A stretch of DNA of 64,000 bases from Gammaproteobacteria bacterium (GTDB lineage Bacteria > Pseudomonadota > Gammaproteobacteria > Pseudomonadales > Azotimanducaceae). A program made the translations under genes and the position numbers. The stretch spans positions 9,780 through 73,779 of the forward strand of contig JAYOBI010000007.1 in assembly GCA_038104735.1 (NCBI GenBank), given 5' to 3'. The notes under the pieces were generated by a model. The model searched no databases and was not told the DNA's origin. It saw nothing but the letters and a program-made list of their open reading frames with translations. Shown here in pieces: positions 49,373 to 59,736 of this stretch (positions within the stretch are counted from its first letter, which is position 1; each line of letters begins with the position of its first letter).

Positions 49373-52300
49373 TTAAGCAGCCGGGGCGGACAATACCGCA
49401 AACAGTTCCTGCACGAAGGCCACTCGATCCGCAAATTCCGGTAGCTGTCGATCCACCCGCAGCGTTGAGGCACCGTCCAAGCGGTAGGTGTTCGCCTGCT
49501 GCTGCACCAAGCGCACGATAGCGATGGGTTCTACCGCAGTGGTTTTGCTGAATTCGAGTTTACCCTTTGTGTCACCAATATCGACTTTGATGATACCCAG
49601 CGTCTGGGCCTGAAGCTTGAGAGCCGTAATGGTTAACAGATTCTGCACGGATTGGGGCAGTAGACCGAAGCGATCAATGATCTCGCCTTTCAAATCGTCT
49701 AGCTGGCTTTGCTCCGTTGCGCCGGCAATGCGCTTGTACAAAATCAACCGGCTCTGTACATCAGGCAGATAGTCCTCGGGAATCAGCGCTGCAACGTGGA
49801 GGTTCACCTCCTGACTCACGGGCTCCAGGGGCATGTCGCGATCCGGAATTTTGCCTGCGCGCATGGCCTCCACCGCGCGGTTTAACATATCCATGTAAAG
49901 AGAGAAGCCAATGGACTCAATTTGCCCGGATTGGTCGTCCCCCAGCAGCTCACCAGTTCCGCGAATCTCCATGTCCTGGGTGGCCAAGGTAAAGCCTACG
50001 CCAAGCTCCCCGGCAGCTTCGATTGCCTCCAGGCGCTTAACAGCGTCCGCGGTCATGCTCTTGCGGTCCGGCGTAAGTAAGTAGGCGTAGGCTTGGCGGT
50101 GACTGCGGCCCACCCGGCCCCTGAGCTGATGTAGTTGAGCCAGGCCGAATTTGTCCGCGCGCTCGATGATAATGGTGTTGGCGTTGGGGATATCGATCCC
50201 AGTCTCAATAATGGTGGTACAGATCAATACGTTTAGGCGTCGATGGTAAAACTCCGCCATTACCTGTTCCATATCGGCGCTGCGCATCTGGCCATGGGCG
50301 ATGCCGACGCGTGCTTCGGGAACAAGCTCTTCCAGGCTGGCTGCCGCTTGCTCAATGGTGCGAACTTCATTGTGTAAATAGAAAACCTGACCGCCGCGCA
50401 TCAGCTCACGGCTGATGGCCTCTTTGATGCCTTGATCTCGTCGCGGCTGCACAAAGGTTTTGATGGACAAACGTTTAGCCGGTGGGGTGGCAATGATGGA
50501 GAGATCCCGAAGCCCGCTCAAAGACATGTTCAGAGTTCTGGGAATGGGTGTTGCCGTTAACGTGAGCACGTCGACCTCAGCACGCAGGGCCCGCAGTCGT
50601 TCTTTTTGCCGCACGCCGAAGCGGTGCTCTTCGTCGATAATGACAAGCCCTAAATCTTTGTACTGAAAGTCCGGACTCAACAGTTTGTGAGTACCTATGA
50701 GAATGTCGATGCTACCGGCGCGACATCGATTTCCAATGGCATCAACATCCGCTTGGGTGCGTTGACGGGAGACTACGTCAATGCTCACCGGCCAGTTTGC
50801 GAAACGATCCCGAAACGAATCGAAATGCTGCTGGGCCAGCAGCGTCGTGGGCACCAGCAATATCACCTGCTTGCCGCTCTGTACGGCGGTAAATGCGGCG
50901 CGCATAGCAACCTCGGTTTTACCGAAGCCGACGTCGCCGCAAACCAGCCGGTCCATGGCCTGTTCCTTGGCCAGGTCGTTCAAGGTTTCTTCGATGGCGA
51001 TGCCCTGATCTGGGGTCACTTCGAAGCCAAACTCTGCGGCAAAGGCTTCGTAGTCCGTTGCGCTGGCGCTGAGCTGATGGGATTTTTTTGCTGCCCGGCG
51101 GGCATAGATATCCAGCAATTCCGCGGCCACATCGATCACTTTTTCGGCAGCTTTTTTCTTCGCGCGTTCCCACTGGTCTGAGCCAAGCCGGTGCAAGGGC
51201 GCGTGCTCTTCATCGGCTCCTGCGTAGCGGCCAATCAGGTGCAGGGATGTGACCGGTACGTAAAGTTTGGCGTCACCGGCATACCCCAGGGTCAAAAACT
51301 CCTCGCTGGCATTGTCGATGGTCAGAGTTTGCAGGCCCAGGTAGCGGCCCACCCCATGCTCGACGTGCACGACTGGAGCGCCCATACTCAGCTCCGTGAG
51401 ATTACGAACTATCTGATCGGGGTCTATGACCCGTTTGCCGTTGTCCCGTCGCTTTGCTGTTGGTTTCGTGCCCAGAACCTGGCTTTCGCACACCACGATG
51501 GTGTTTTCGAGCACCAAACTTTCTTGAATTGGCCCCACGCAAATACTGGTTTGCCGGGTCTTTGTGTACTCGGTAAAACCGTCAACGTGCTTGGCCTGTA
51601 TTTGACTTTTGCGCAGCAATTCGTCAAAAACCTCGCGCCGCCCAGCGGATTCCGCCACGAACAACACCGGGCAGGTTTGGGTGGCTAAAAATTCAGATAG
51701 CCTAGCCCCAGGCTGCGCTGCCTTTGCGTCAATGCGCAGGTCAGGAAGCTCTCTGGCGTTGAAAGCCAGTTGGTGTTTTGCGTAATCACCACCTAAGACT
51801 ACCCGGCGTTTTTGCTGCAGCTGATGATTGAGTTCGTCACAGCCAAGGTAGAGCAGGGAGGGCGGCAAGATTGGGCGTTCTACATCGTGACGTAAGGATT
51901 CGTATCGAGCGGCAATGTCCTCTTCGAAGCTGCGCGCGGCGTCAGCGATACCATCTTCGGTGATGAAAATGGCCTGCTCGGGCAGATAGTCGAATAAACT
52001 GGTGAGTTCCCCGAAGAACAGCGGCATGTAGTATTCGACGCCATTGGGCACGATGTAGCTGCTCACGTCCTGATAAACGCTGCATTGGCGCACATCTACC
52101 TGGAATGCGTCGTGCCACCGATCTCTAAACGCTGATATGGCGTCTTCATCGAAGGGAAATTCCTTGGCGGGTAAAAGGCGCAAATCATTGATGCGATCGA
52201 CGGTACGCTGGGAGTCTGGGTCGAAGGTTCGGAGCGTGTCGATTTCATCATCCAGCAGATCGATACGAACCGGCAAGCTTGCGCCCATGGGGAAAATGTC

Positions 52301-52831
52301 CATAAGCGAACCCCGCACCGCGTATTGGCCGCGCTCGGTTACGGTTTCCACACTCTGATAGCCTGCCGCCTCCAGTCGCAATCGCTGATCTGCCACGTCG
52401 AAGGTCTGACCGCAGGCGAGCTCAAAACAAGCGCCATCCAGGTAGCTGACTGGGGGCACTTTTTGCATCAACGTGGACACCGGCACCGTTAACACGCCAT
52501 GGGTTGCCTGACGCAGGTTTTGCAGCGTGCTTAGGCGCTCGGAAATAATGTCCTGATGGGGCGAGAAGGCGTCGTAGGGCAAAGTCTCCCAGTCTGGGAA
52601 GCGAAGATTAGCCAGAGCGCTCGATTCTGCGGCGGCGTAAAAATCGATGCCATCACGCCAGCGATCCGATCGGGCTGGCTCCCGGGTAATCACCACGCAT
52701 AGCTGCTTGACCTGTTTTGCCATCTGAACCACTGCCAGCATGTCGCTGCTGCCGGTGAGCCCGGTCCAATGCAGGCGCATGCCTGAGCGCTGTGGCAGAG
52801 CGATGTCCGGGTTGATCTGGAGCGGGTCCAT
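49373..52831 (-). CDS. mfd: Transcription-repair coupling factor
   Basis: PDWETLPYD, CarD-like VVHVEHGVGRY, GDVGFGKTE, DEEH, TATPIPRT, QLRGRVGR. Confidence 0.98.
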   Translation of the reverse strand: MDPLQINPDIALPQRSGMRLHWTGLTGSSDMLAVVQMAKQVKQLCVVITREPARSDRWRDGIDFYAAAESSALANLRFPDWETLPYDAFSPHQDIISERLSTLQNLRQATHGVLTVPVSTLMQKVPPVSYLDGACFELACGQTFDVADQRLRLEAAGYQSVETVTERGQYAVRGSLMDIFPMGASLPVRIDLLDDEIDTLRTFDPDSQRTVDRINDLRLLPAKEFPFDEDAISAFRDRWHDAFQVDVRQCSVYQDVSSYIVPNGVEYYMPLFFGELTSLFDYLPEQAIFITEDGIADAARSFEEDIAARYESLRHDVERPILPPSLLYLGCDELNHQLQQKRRVVLGGDYAKHQLAFNARELPDLRIDAKAAQPGARLSEFLATQTCPVLFVAESAGRREVFDELLRKSQIQAKHVDGFTEYTKTRQTSICVGPIQESLVLENTIVVCESQVLGTKPTAKRRDNGKRVIDPDQIVRNLTELSMGAPVVHVEHGVGRYLGLQTLTIDNASEEFLTLGYAGDAKLYVPVTSLHLIGRYAGADEEHAPLHRLGSDQWERAKKKAAEKVIDVAAELLDIYARRAAKKSHQLSASATDYEAFAAEFGFEVTPDQGIAIEETLNDLAKEQAMDRLVCGDVGFGKTEVAMRAAFTAVQSGKQVILLVPTTLLAQQHFDSFRDRFANWPVSIDVVSRQRTQADVDAIGNRCRAGSIDILIGTHKLLSPDFQYKDLGLVIIDEEHRFGVRQKERLRALRAEVDVLTLTATPIPRTLNMSLSGLRDLSIIATPPAKRLSIKTFVQPRRDQGIKEAISRELMRGGQVFYLHNEVRTIEQAAASLEELVPEARVGIAHGQMRSADMEQVMAEFYHRRLNVLICTTIIETGIDIPNANTIIIERADKFGLAQLHQLRGRVGRSHRQAYAYLLTPDRKSMTADAVKRLEAIEAAGELGVGFTLATQDMEIRGTGELLGDDQSGQIESIGFSLYMDMLNRAVEAMRAGKIPDRDMPLEPVSQEVNLHVAALIPEDYLPDVQSRLILYKRIAGATEQSQLDDLKGEIIDRFGLLPQSVQNLLTITALKLQAQTLGIIKVDIGDTKGKLEFSKTTAVEPIAIVRLVQQQANTYRLDGASTLRVDRQLPEFADRVAFVQELFAVLSAPAA

Positions 52832-52886
52832 TTGTAGCGAATCCTTGGGCGAAGAGTCCTCTGGGGTAAGCGCTGGCGTTCTAGGC

Positions 52887-53182
52887 AAAAACAGGTCCTT
52901 CGGTTGGGCCAGTCGTGTTCTGGCAAAGCCGTGCAGTCTACCTTTAGCCTGGAGCGGTGTCAGTGTTGTTGCCGCCCATGGAGGCGGTTTTTAGGCGATC
53001 AGCCTGAGTGGCCACTTTTTGTGTACCTTTTCAAGGGAAAAACAGGTCCTTCGGGTGGGCCAGTTGTGTTCTGGCAAAGCCGTGCAGGCTACCTTTAGCC
53101 TGGAGCGGTGTCAGTGTTGTTGCCACCCATGGAGGCGGTTTTTAGACGATCAGCCTGGGCGCCCACTTTTTGTGTACGTTTT
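52887..53182. repeat. Two-copy tandem direct repeat (145-bp unit, 151-bp period)
   Basis: 52887-53031 vs 53038-53182 align without gaps; 9 mismatches by hand count. Confidence 0.95.
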
Positions 53183-53364
53183 GTGAAAATAGGGGGCGCT
53201 GGGTACTAGCGTAACACCCACGGCTGGGCTACAGTCGGCCAGTCTGGGCGGGGGAGTCTAAGCGCCTTAGGACAATAACCGGAGAGGATGACCTAGTTAG
53301 ATAGAGGGGGAGGAGAGGCCCAAAACCCAGCGCGACAGCGCCTGGGTAGGCGTGCCTAGCAGTT

Positions 53365-55149
53365 ATGGAACCGACCAATATTTTTGACCCGAACTACTTT
53401 CACAAAGTAGTGGATTGCCAGTACGCCTGTCCGGCTCATACGCCCGTACCGGAATACATCCGCCTGATCGCGCAGGAAAAGTACACCGAAGCCTACATGC
53501 TGAACTGGGACTCAAATGTGTTTCCGGGAGTATTGGGGCGTACCTGCGACCGACCCTGTGAGCCCGCCTGTCGGCGAGTGCGAACCGAGGAAACTCCCGT
53601 AGCCATTTGCCGCCTGAAACGTGCAGCGGCGGATAACAAGGGTGATGTGAGTGCTTTCTTGCCGCAGGTTCCGGAACAGAAAAACGGCAAACGCATTGCT
53701 TTAATCGGGGCGGGTCCCGCCTCCTTAGCAGTTGCCAGAGACTTACTGCCTTTTGGCTACGAAGTGCATTTATTCGAGCAGGATGAAAAAGGCGGTGGCT
53801 TCATGCGCAGCCAAATTCCTGCTTTTCGTCTGCCCGAGGAAGTGCTGGACGAGGAGGTGGACCGAATATTGGATATGGGCGTGCACTGTCACTTTGGCCA
53901 GGCCATCGACAGCATGAAGGCGCTCATGGAGCAAGACTTTGATGCCTACTTTGTCGGCACCGGTGCTCCAAGAGGACGCGATTTAGAGTTGACTGGGCGC
54001 GACGCGGTGGACGATTACATCCACATTGGCATTGACTGGTTGAGCAGCGTGGCCTTTGGGCATATCTCGGAGATCAAAGGCAAGGTAATCGTCATGGGAG
54101 GTGGCAATACGGCCATGGATTGTTGCCGAACTTCGCTGCGCCTTGGCGCCGAGTCGGTGAAAGTCGTTGTGCGCTCTGCTTTTGAGGTCATGAAAGCCTC
54201 TGAATGGGAAAAAGAAGACGCCATGCGCGAAGGCATCCCGATTATTAACAATCGGCCGCCGAAAGAGTTCGTGCATGAAAATGGCAAGCTAAAAGGTGTG
54301 CTGTTCGAGTGCGTTACCCCAGTCCGGGGCGAGGACGGCCGATTGCGCTATGAACCTTCCGGGGAGCCAGATGAATTCATTGAATGCGACCATGTGTTGA
54401 TGGCCATTGGTCAAGACAATCACTGCCCCTGGATTGAAAGAGATCTGGGCATTGAATTTGACAAGTGGGATTGTCCCACCCTGAATGAAGTCACCCTGCA
54501 ATCCACGAATCCTGATGTCTTCTTCGGTGGTGACAGCGCCTTTGGACCGGAAAACATTATTTGGGCATCAGCTCACGCCCACAAAGCCGCTATCAGCATT
54601 CACTTGTATTGCCAAGGCAAGGACCTAATCAATGACCGCCCTCCGGAAGGGCTGAATCTGCTGTCGACTAAAATGGGTGTTCACGAGTGGGCCTACGATT
54701 CGGCTCATGATCCTGCCCAACGGCATCTGGTGCCGCTGGTAGAGCACGAGTCGTCTCTGAACAATCTGAAAGTGGAGGTGGAACTTGGCTTTGACGCGAA
54801 ATTAGCGGCCCAAGAAGCCCAGCGATGCCTTAACTGTGACGTGCAAACGGTGTTTACAGACAATTTGTGCATCGAATGTGATGCCTGCGTCGACATTTGC
54901 CCCATGGACTGTATTTCTTTTGTTGAAAACCAGCCGGAAGAGGCGCTTCGACTGACCCTGACTGCACCGGCGCAAAACCTCGAGCAGGATTTGTACGTGT
55001 CCGGGGAACTCAAAACTCAACGCGTCATGGTGAAAGATGAAGACGTGTGTTTGCACTGTGGTTTGTGTGCGGAGCGGTGTCCGACCAATGCCTGGGACAT
55101 GCAGCGCTCCATCGTCCACATCCCGCAAATGGGCTCATTTGGAGAATAA
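53365..55149 (+). CDS. GltD-like FAD/NAD(P)H oxidoreductase with N-terminal FeS and C-terminal 2x[4Fe-4S] domains (KorC-like)
   Basis: CQYACP..GRTCDRPCEPAC, IGAGPA, GGGNTAMD, CIECDACVDICP, CLHCGLCAERCP. Confidence 0.85.
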   Translation: MEPTNIFDPNYFHKVVDCQYACPAHTPVPEYIRLIAQEKYTEAYMLNWDSNVFPGVLGRTCDRPCEPACRRVRTEETPVAICRLKRAAADNKGDVSAFLPQVPEQKNGKRIALIGAGPASLAVARDLLPFGYEVHLFEQDEKGGGFMRSQIPAFRLPEEVLDEEVDRILDMGVHCHFGQAIDSMKALMEQDFDAYFVGTGAPRGRDLELTGRDAVDDYIHIGIDWLSSVAFGHISEIKGKVIVMGGGNTAMDCCRTSLRLGAESVKVVVRSAFEVMKASEWEKEDAMREGIPIINNRPPKEFVHENGKLKGVLFECVTPVRGEDGRLRYEPSGEPDEFIECDHVLMAIGQDNHCPWIERDLGIEFDKWDCPTLNEVTLQSTNPDVFFGGDSAFGPENIIWASAHAHKAAISIHLYCQGKDLINDRPPEGLNLLSTKMGVHEWAYDSAHDPAQRHLVPLVEHESSLNNLKVEVELGFDAKLAAQEAQRCLNCDVQTVFTDNLCIECDACVDICPMDCISFVENQPEEALRLTLTAPAQNLEQDLYVSGELKTQRVMVKDEDVCLHCGLCAERCPTNAWDMQRSIVHIPQMGSFGE

Positions 55150-55154
55150 GGCTT

Positions 55155-56981
55155 ATGACGACCAAGATTAATGATTTTGTCATTCGCTTTGCGAATGTGA
55201 ACGGTTCCGGTTCAGCCAGTGCTAACGGCATGTTCGCCAAGGCCTTGTTCCGTATGGGTATTCCAGTGGCCACGCGGAATATCTTTCCCTCCAATATCCA
55301 AGGGCTGCCAACATGGTTTGAGGTGCGCGTCAGCGAGCAAGGCTACCTTGGGCGACGAGAGGGTGTGGATATTATGGTAGCCATGAACGCCGAAACGTTT
55401 GCTGAGGACATTGCCAGCATTCTGCCCGGGGGCTATTTGCTCTACGACAACTCCAAGCCCCTGCCGCGCTCTTTGGTGCGCGACGACATCCATGAGATAG
55501 GCATGCCTATCGCTAGCATGATGCTGCCGGAGTTTGCCGACCCGAAACAGAGAAGCTTGTTTAAAAATATTACGTATCTTGGTGCTTTGGCTGGACTTTT
55601 AAACATTGAGTTTGACGTGATCACCGGCATGGTGGCGACTCAGTATCGAGGTAAGGACGCACTCATTGAGCCCAATATTCGGGCCCTTGAACTGGGCAGA
55701 GACTATGCCTTGGAATACCTCCAGGCGCCGCTACCGCTGCAGGTGCGCGCCAGCGATGCAGTGGGCGATCGAATCATGATGGATGGCAATGATGCTGCTG
55801 GTTTAGGCAGTGTCTACGGTGGCGCAACCGTATGCGCCTGGTATCCCATCACACCGTCTACCTCGGTGGCGGAAAGTTTTGAAAATCACTGCAAGAAGCT
55901 GCGGATTGACCCTGACACCGGGCATAAAAATTACGCTTTTATGCAGGCGGAAGATGAACTGTCTGCCATTGGGATCGTCATTGGTGCCGCCTGGAACGGC
56001 GCTCGAGCCTTTACGGCCACCAGTGGCCCCGGGATTTCCTTAATGTCTGAATTCATCGGTCTAGCCTATTTTGCTGAGCTGCCAGCGGTGATCTGGGACA
56101 TTCAGCGCTCTGGGCCCTCTACGGGTATGCCGACGCGGACCCAGCAGGGTGACCTCATTGGCGCTGCCTATGCCTCTCACGGTGACACCAAACATCCACT
56201 GTTGTTTCCCGCAACGCCAAAGGAGTGTTTCGAATTCGCCGCAGATGCCTTGGACTTGGCGGATCGGCTGCAAACACCGATCTTAGTGCTCAGCGACCTA
56301 GAGCTGGGGATGAACGAAAATCTGAGTGACCCCCTGGAGTGGGATGACGCCCGCCAATACGATCGCGGCAAGGTACTGTCCGCCAGTGATTTGGACGAAG
56401 TGGAGACCTTTGGGCGTTACCTTGACGTTGATGGCGATGGGGTTGGCTACCGAACCTTGCCCGGTACGCACCCGGAGAAAGGGGCCTTTTTTACCCGGGG
56501 CACATCCCGAGACGAATACGCTGCCTACACGGAATCTCCGGAAGCTTACCAGCGCAACATGGAGCGCTTGCAGCTCAAATGGCAAACAGCTAGAGGGCTG
56601 GTGCCCAAGGCCGAGATTCAAACCAGCGGCAACCGGGTAGGGGTATTGTTTTACGGCACCACCGCCTTACCGGTGCCCGAGGCTCTGGATCAGCTTGCCG
56701 TAAATGGTGTGCATCTGGACACCTGTCGGGTCAGAGCTTTTCCTTTTGGTGACGAGGTCGAGCAGTTTGTTGCCGATCACGAGTTGATCTTCGTGGTTGA
56801 GCAAAACCGCGATGCGCAAATGCGCACCTTGCTAATCAACGAGCTGGAGACCAACCCAGCCAAGCTGATCCCGATCTTGTACTTCGCCGGTTTATCGATC
56901 TCTGCGGACTATATCAACGAACAAGTCAGCGCCTATTACGAAGAACATAAACTGGCCCGTTTAACTGAGGTGTCCTCATGA
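55155..56981 (+). CDS. korA: 2-oxoacid:ferredoxin oxidoreductase alpha subunit (KorA-like)
   Basis: NVNGSGS, YPITPS, QAEDE, TATSGPG, QRSGPSTGMPT. Confidence 0.88.
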   Translation: MTTKINDFVIRFANVNGSGSASANGMFAKALFRMGIPVATRNIFPSNIQGLPTWFEVRVSEQGYLGRREGVDIMVAMNAETFAEDIASILPGGYLLYDNSKPLPRSLVRDDIHEIGMPIASMMLPEFADPKQRSLFKNITYLGALAGLLNIEFDVITGMVATQYRGKDALIEPNIRALELGRDYALEYLQAPLPLQVRASDAVGDRIMMDGNDAAGLGSVYGGATVCAWYPITPSTSVAESFENHCKKLRIDPDTGHKNYAFMQAEDELSAIGIVIGAAWNGARAFTATSGPGISLMSEFIGLAYFAELPAVIWDIQRSGPSTGMPTRTQQGDLIGAAYASHGDTKHPLLFPATPKECFEFAADALDLADRLQTPILVLSDLELGMNENLSDPLEWDDARQYDRGKVLSASDLDEVETFGRYLDVDGDGVGYRTLPGTHPEKGAFFTRGTSRDEYAAYTESPEAYQRNMERLQLKWQTARGLVPKAEIQTSGNRVGVLFYGTTALPVPEALDQLAVNGVHLDTCRVRAFPFGDEVEQFVADHELIFVVEQNRDAQMRTLLINELETNPAKLIPILYFAGLSISADYINEQVSAYYEEHKLARLTEVSS

Positions 56982-58033
56982 CATTTGTAGCCAAACCGCG
57001 AATCCATCACCCTAATCTGCCGGTAAACGAGCTGGGGCTAACCCGCCGGGATTACGAGGGTTCAGTCTCTACCCTATGCGCCGGATGTGGTCACGACTCG
57101 GTCAGCGCGGCCATCGTGCAGGCCTGTTCGGAACTATCGCTGCCACCCCATCGCTTCGCAAAAGTTTCGGGAATCGGCTGCTCGTCCAAAACCCCAAGCT
57201 ACTTTTTGAACCGTAGCCATGGGTTCAACTCAGTGCATGGACGCATGCCCAGTGTCATGACCGGGGCGAATTTGGCGAATCGAGAACTGATGTGTATCGG
57301 TGTTTCCGGTGACGGCGACAGCGCTTCAATTGGGCTGGGGCAGTTTGCGCATGTGGTTCGGCGCCGCACGAATATGCTTTACCTCGTGGACAACAACGGC
57401 ACGTATGGCCTGACCAAGGGGCAGTTTTCTGCCACCAACGATAAAGGCTCTACCAGCAAGAAAGGTATTCCTAATCTTTATGAACCCATCGACCTGGTGA
57501 GCATCGCGCTGCAGCTCGGGGCCAGTTTTGTGGCCCGCAGTTTTTCCGGTGACAAGCGCCAGCTGGTGCCGTTAATCAAAGCCGGGTTAAAACACAAAGG
57601 TATGGCGTTCATTGACGTTATTTCCCCTTGTGTCGCCTTCAACAACCACTCGGGCTCTACTAAGAGCTTTGAATTTGTGCGGGAACACAGCAGCAGCGCC
57701 ATTAATGCGGATCTGATTTTGGGCCAACCTGAAATTACCGCGGATTACGCGGAAGGCACCTTCGAGAATATCGCTATGCCAGATGGCAGTACTCTGCGCC
57801 TATATAAGCTAGACGCAGATTATGACCCACATGATCGAATTGGCGCGCTGAACTACGTGCAAAAAATGCATGAACAAGGCCAGGTAGCGACGGGATTACT
57901 GTACGTAGATCCCGATGCCGTGGAGTGCCATGACATTATGGAAACCACGGCCCAACCGCTGAATGAACTCTGCGAGGACGCGCTCTGCCCGGGCAATGAC
58001 GCCCTGGCCGCTATCAATCAGGGGTATCGTTAA
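56978..58033 (+). CDS. korB: 2-oxoacid:ferredoxin oxidoreductase beta subunit (KorB-like)
   Basis: CAGCGH, SGIGCSS, HGR, GDGD...NN TPP motif, SPCVAFN; ATGA overlap with alpha. Confidence 0.88.
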   Translation: MTFVAKPRIHHPNLPVNELGLTRRDYEGSVSTLCAGCGHDSVSAAIVQACSELSLPPHRFAKVSGIGCSSKTPSYFLNRSHGFNSVHGRMPSVMTGANLANRELMCIGVSGDGDSASIGLGQFAHVVRRRTNMLYLVDNNGTYGLTKGQFSATNDKGSTSKKGIPNLYEPIDLVSIALQLGASFVARSFSGDKRQLVPLIKAGLKHKGMAFIDVISPCVAFNNHSGSTKSFEFVREHSSSAINADLILGQPEITADYAEGTFENIAMPDGSTLRLYKLDADYDPHDRIGALNYVQKMHEQGQVATGLLYVDPDAVECHDIMETTAQPLNELCEDALCPGNDALAAINQGYR

Positions 58034-58159
58034 AGCCCGCCGGAGCCCGAGCTTACGGCAACAACGTGACCTTACAGTAGCCAGACATGGGTTCCCGCCT
58101 GTTTCGGTGGGTTCTCCTTCACTGCAGTGTTCTGGGCAATGTTATCCCGCCAAACTTGG

Positions 58160-58168
58160 TGCTAGAAT
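58160..58168 (+). promoter_or_regulatory. Extended -10 element upstream of gap
   Basis: TG-C-TAGAAT followed by GC-rich CGCGCGCC. Confidence 0.5.
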
Positions 58169-58254
58169 CGCGCGCCGTCATAACCTGCCTTTGCGCTCTC
58201 GGTCCAGCAGACCTTGCGTGCCGGCACATCCCAGCGATTGTCCAAGGAGATACC

Positions 58255-59724
58255 GTGGCCCTGAACAACCTCGACGAATATTTTCCCGACTGGAAAGAAC
58301 GGGAAGCGCTAGCCGAAGCGATGATCCCACTGATCGGCAAGCTTTATCGCAAGAACATCGTCGTTTATTGCTATGGACGGGCTCTCTATAACCAGAGTGT
58401 CACCAAGCTGATGAAAGCCCATCGGTATGTCCGTCAGGTGGCGCAAAATGAGTTGTCTGAGTTCGAAACCTTCCCGCTGCTCCAGGCCATCTCCGAATTG
58501 GATCTTGGACCGTGTCACATTGACCTTGGCAAACTGGCTACCAAGTACATGGAAGACGCGGAGGCGTCGAAACTTAGCCCTGCGGATTTTGCCCAGCAGG
58601 AGTGCGCTGGGGTTATTGGTCAAAACACACCGCCCATAGCCGCGCCGCAAGATGTGGTGCTGTATGGTTTTGGCCGAATTGGTCGCTTGCTGGCCAGGCT
58701 ATTAATCGAAAAAACCGGCAGCGGCGGCCAGCTGAGATTGCGCGCTATTGTGGTGCGCAAAGCCAGCGCTGATGATCTGGTGAAGCGCGCCAGCTTGCTG
58801 CGACGGGATTCAGTACATGGCAGCTTTCAGGGCACTATTCGCGTAGACGAAGAAAATCAGTGCATTATCGCGAACGGTAATGTTATCCGGGTGATTTATG
58901 CGCCTAGCCCAGATCAGGTGGACTATGAGTCCTACGGCATCAACGACGCGCTGATTATTGATAACACCGGTGCCTGGCGAGACATGGCGGGCCTGTCTGA
59001 GCATTTAAAGTCCAAGGGCGCGGGAAAGGTCGTACTGACCGCACCGGGCAAGGGCGAGGTCAAGAATGTGGTCTCGGGGATCAACACAGGCGATATAGAA
59101 GACAGCGATCGGGTGATTGCTGCCGCCAGCTGCACAACCAACGCCATCGTCCCCGTGCTGAAAGCCATGAACGATCAGTACGGTATTGAAAGCGGACACG
59201 TAGAAACCGTTCACGCCTACACCAACGATCAAAACCTGATCGACAACTACCACAAGAAAAACAGACGCGGTCGTGGCGCTCCGCTGAACATGGTCATCAC
59301 AGAAACCGGTGCATCTTCCGCTGTGGTGAAGCTGCTGCCGGAGCTTGATGGCAAGCTAACCGGTAATGCTATCCGCGTACCAACCCCCAACGTTTCCTTG
59401 GCGATCCTGAACCTAACCTTGGAAAAAGCAGGCAGTGAAGAAGAGATCAGAGAGTTCCTCAGGGCAACGGCCTTGCACAGCAGTCTGCAGCGACAGATCG
59501 ATTTCACTACGTCTCCGGAGATCGTGTCATCGGACCTGGTCGGAAATCGCCACGCCTGTATCGTGGATGGCGAAGCGATCATCACAAAAGATAATCGTGT
59601 CGTTCTATATGTCTGGTACGACAACGAGTTTGGCTACGCATGTCAGGTGGTGCGGGTTGCACAAAAACTTTCCGGTATTCGCTATCCGTTGATTCCTGAA
59701 GATGTTGTGAAGATGGGCTTCTAG
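58255..59724 (+). CDS. gap: Glyceraldehyde-3-phosphate dehydrogenase, long form with N-terminal extension
   Basis: YGFGRIG, ASCTTNA, RVPTPNVS, WYDNE; GTG at 58255 follows AAGGAG. Confidence 0.93.
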   Translation: MALNNLDEYFPDWKEREALAEAMIPLIGKLYRKNIVVYCYGRALYNQSVTKLMKAHRYVRQVAQNELSEFETFPLLQAISELDLGPCHIDLGKLATKYMEDAEASKLSPADFAQQECAGVIGQNTPPIAAPQDVVLYGFGRIGRLLARLLIEKTGSGGQLRLRAIVVRKASADDLVKRASLLRRDSVHGSFQGTIRVDEENQCIIANGNVIRVIYAPSPDQVDYESYGINDALIIDNTGAWRDMAGLSEHLKSKGAGKVVLTAPGKGEVKNVVSGINTGDIEDSDRVIAAASCTTNAIVPVLKAMNDQYGIESGHVETVHAYTNDQNLIDNYHKKNRRGRGAPLNMVITETGASSAVVKLLPELDGKLTGNAIRVPTPNVSLAILNLTLEKAGSEEEIREFLRATALHSSLQRQIDFTTSPEIVSSDLVGNRHACIVDGEAIITKDNRVVLYVWYDNEFGYACQVVRVAQKLSGIRYPLIPEDVVKMGF

Positions 59725-59736
59725 CTATTGACGTCT

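Noticed and set aside
52887-53182. Possible CRISPR array or MITE
   Set aside because: Only two long units with no spacer structure and no cas genes; no terminal inverted repeats or target-site duplication seen.
53190-53364. Purine/GGA-rich leader with hairpins (ACCCAG..CTGGGT, TAGGC-GT-GCCTA) upstream of the korC-like gene: riboswitch?
   Set aside because: I could not match any known riboswitch consensus; an Rfam search would be needed.
58087-58254. Upstream extension of gap (and similar extensions of korA, pepN, amtB, ACAD)
   Set aside because: Downstream starts have clear RBSs and match where homology begins; the extensions span promoter DNA or the preceding gene.
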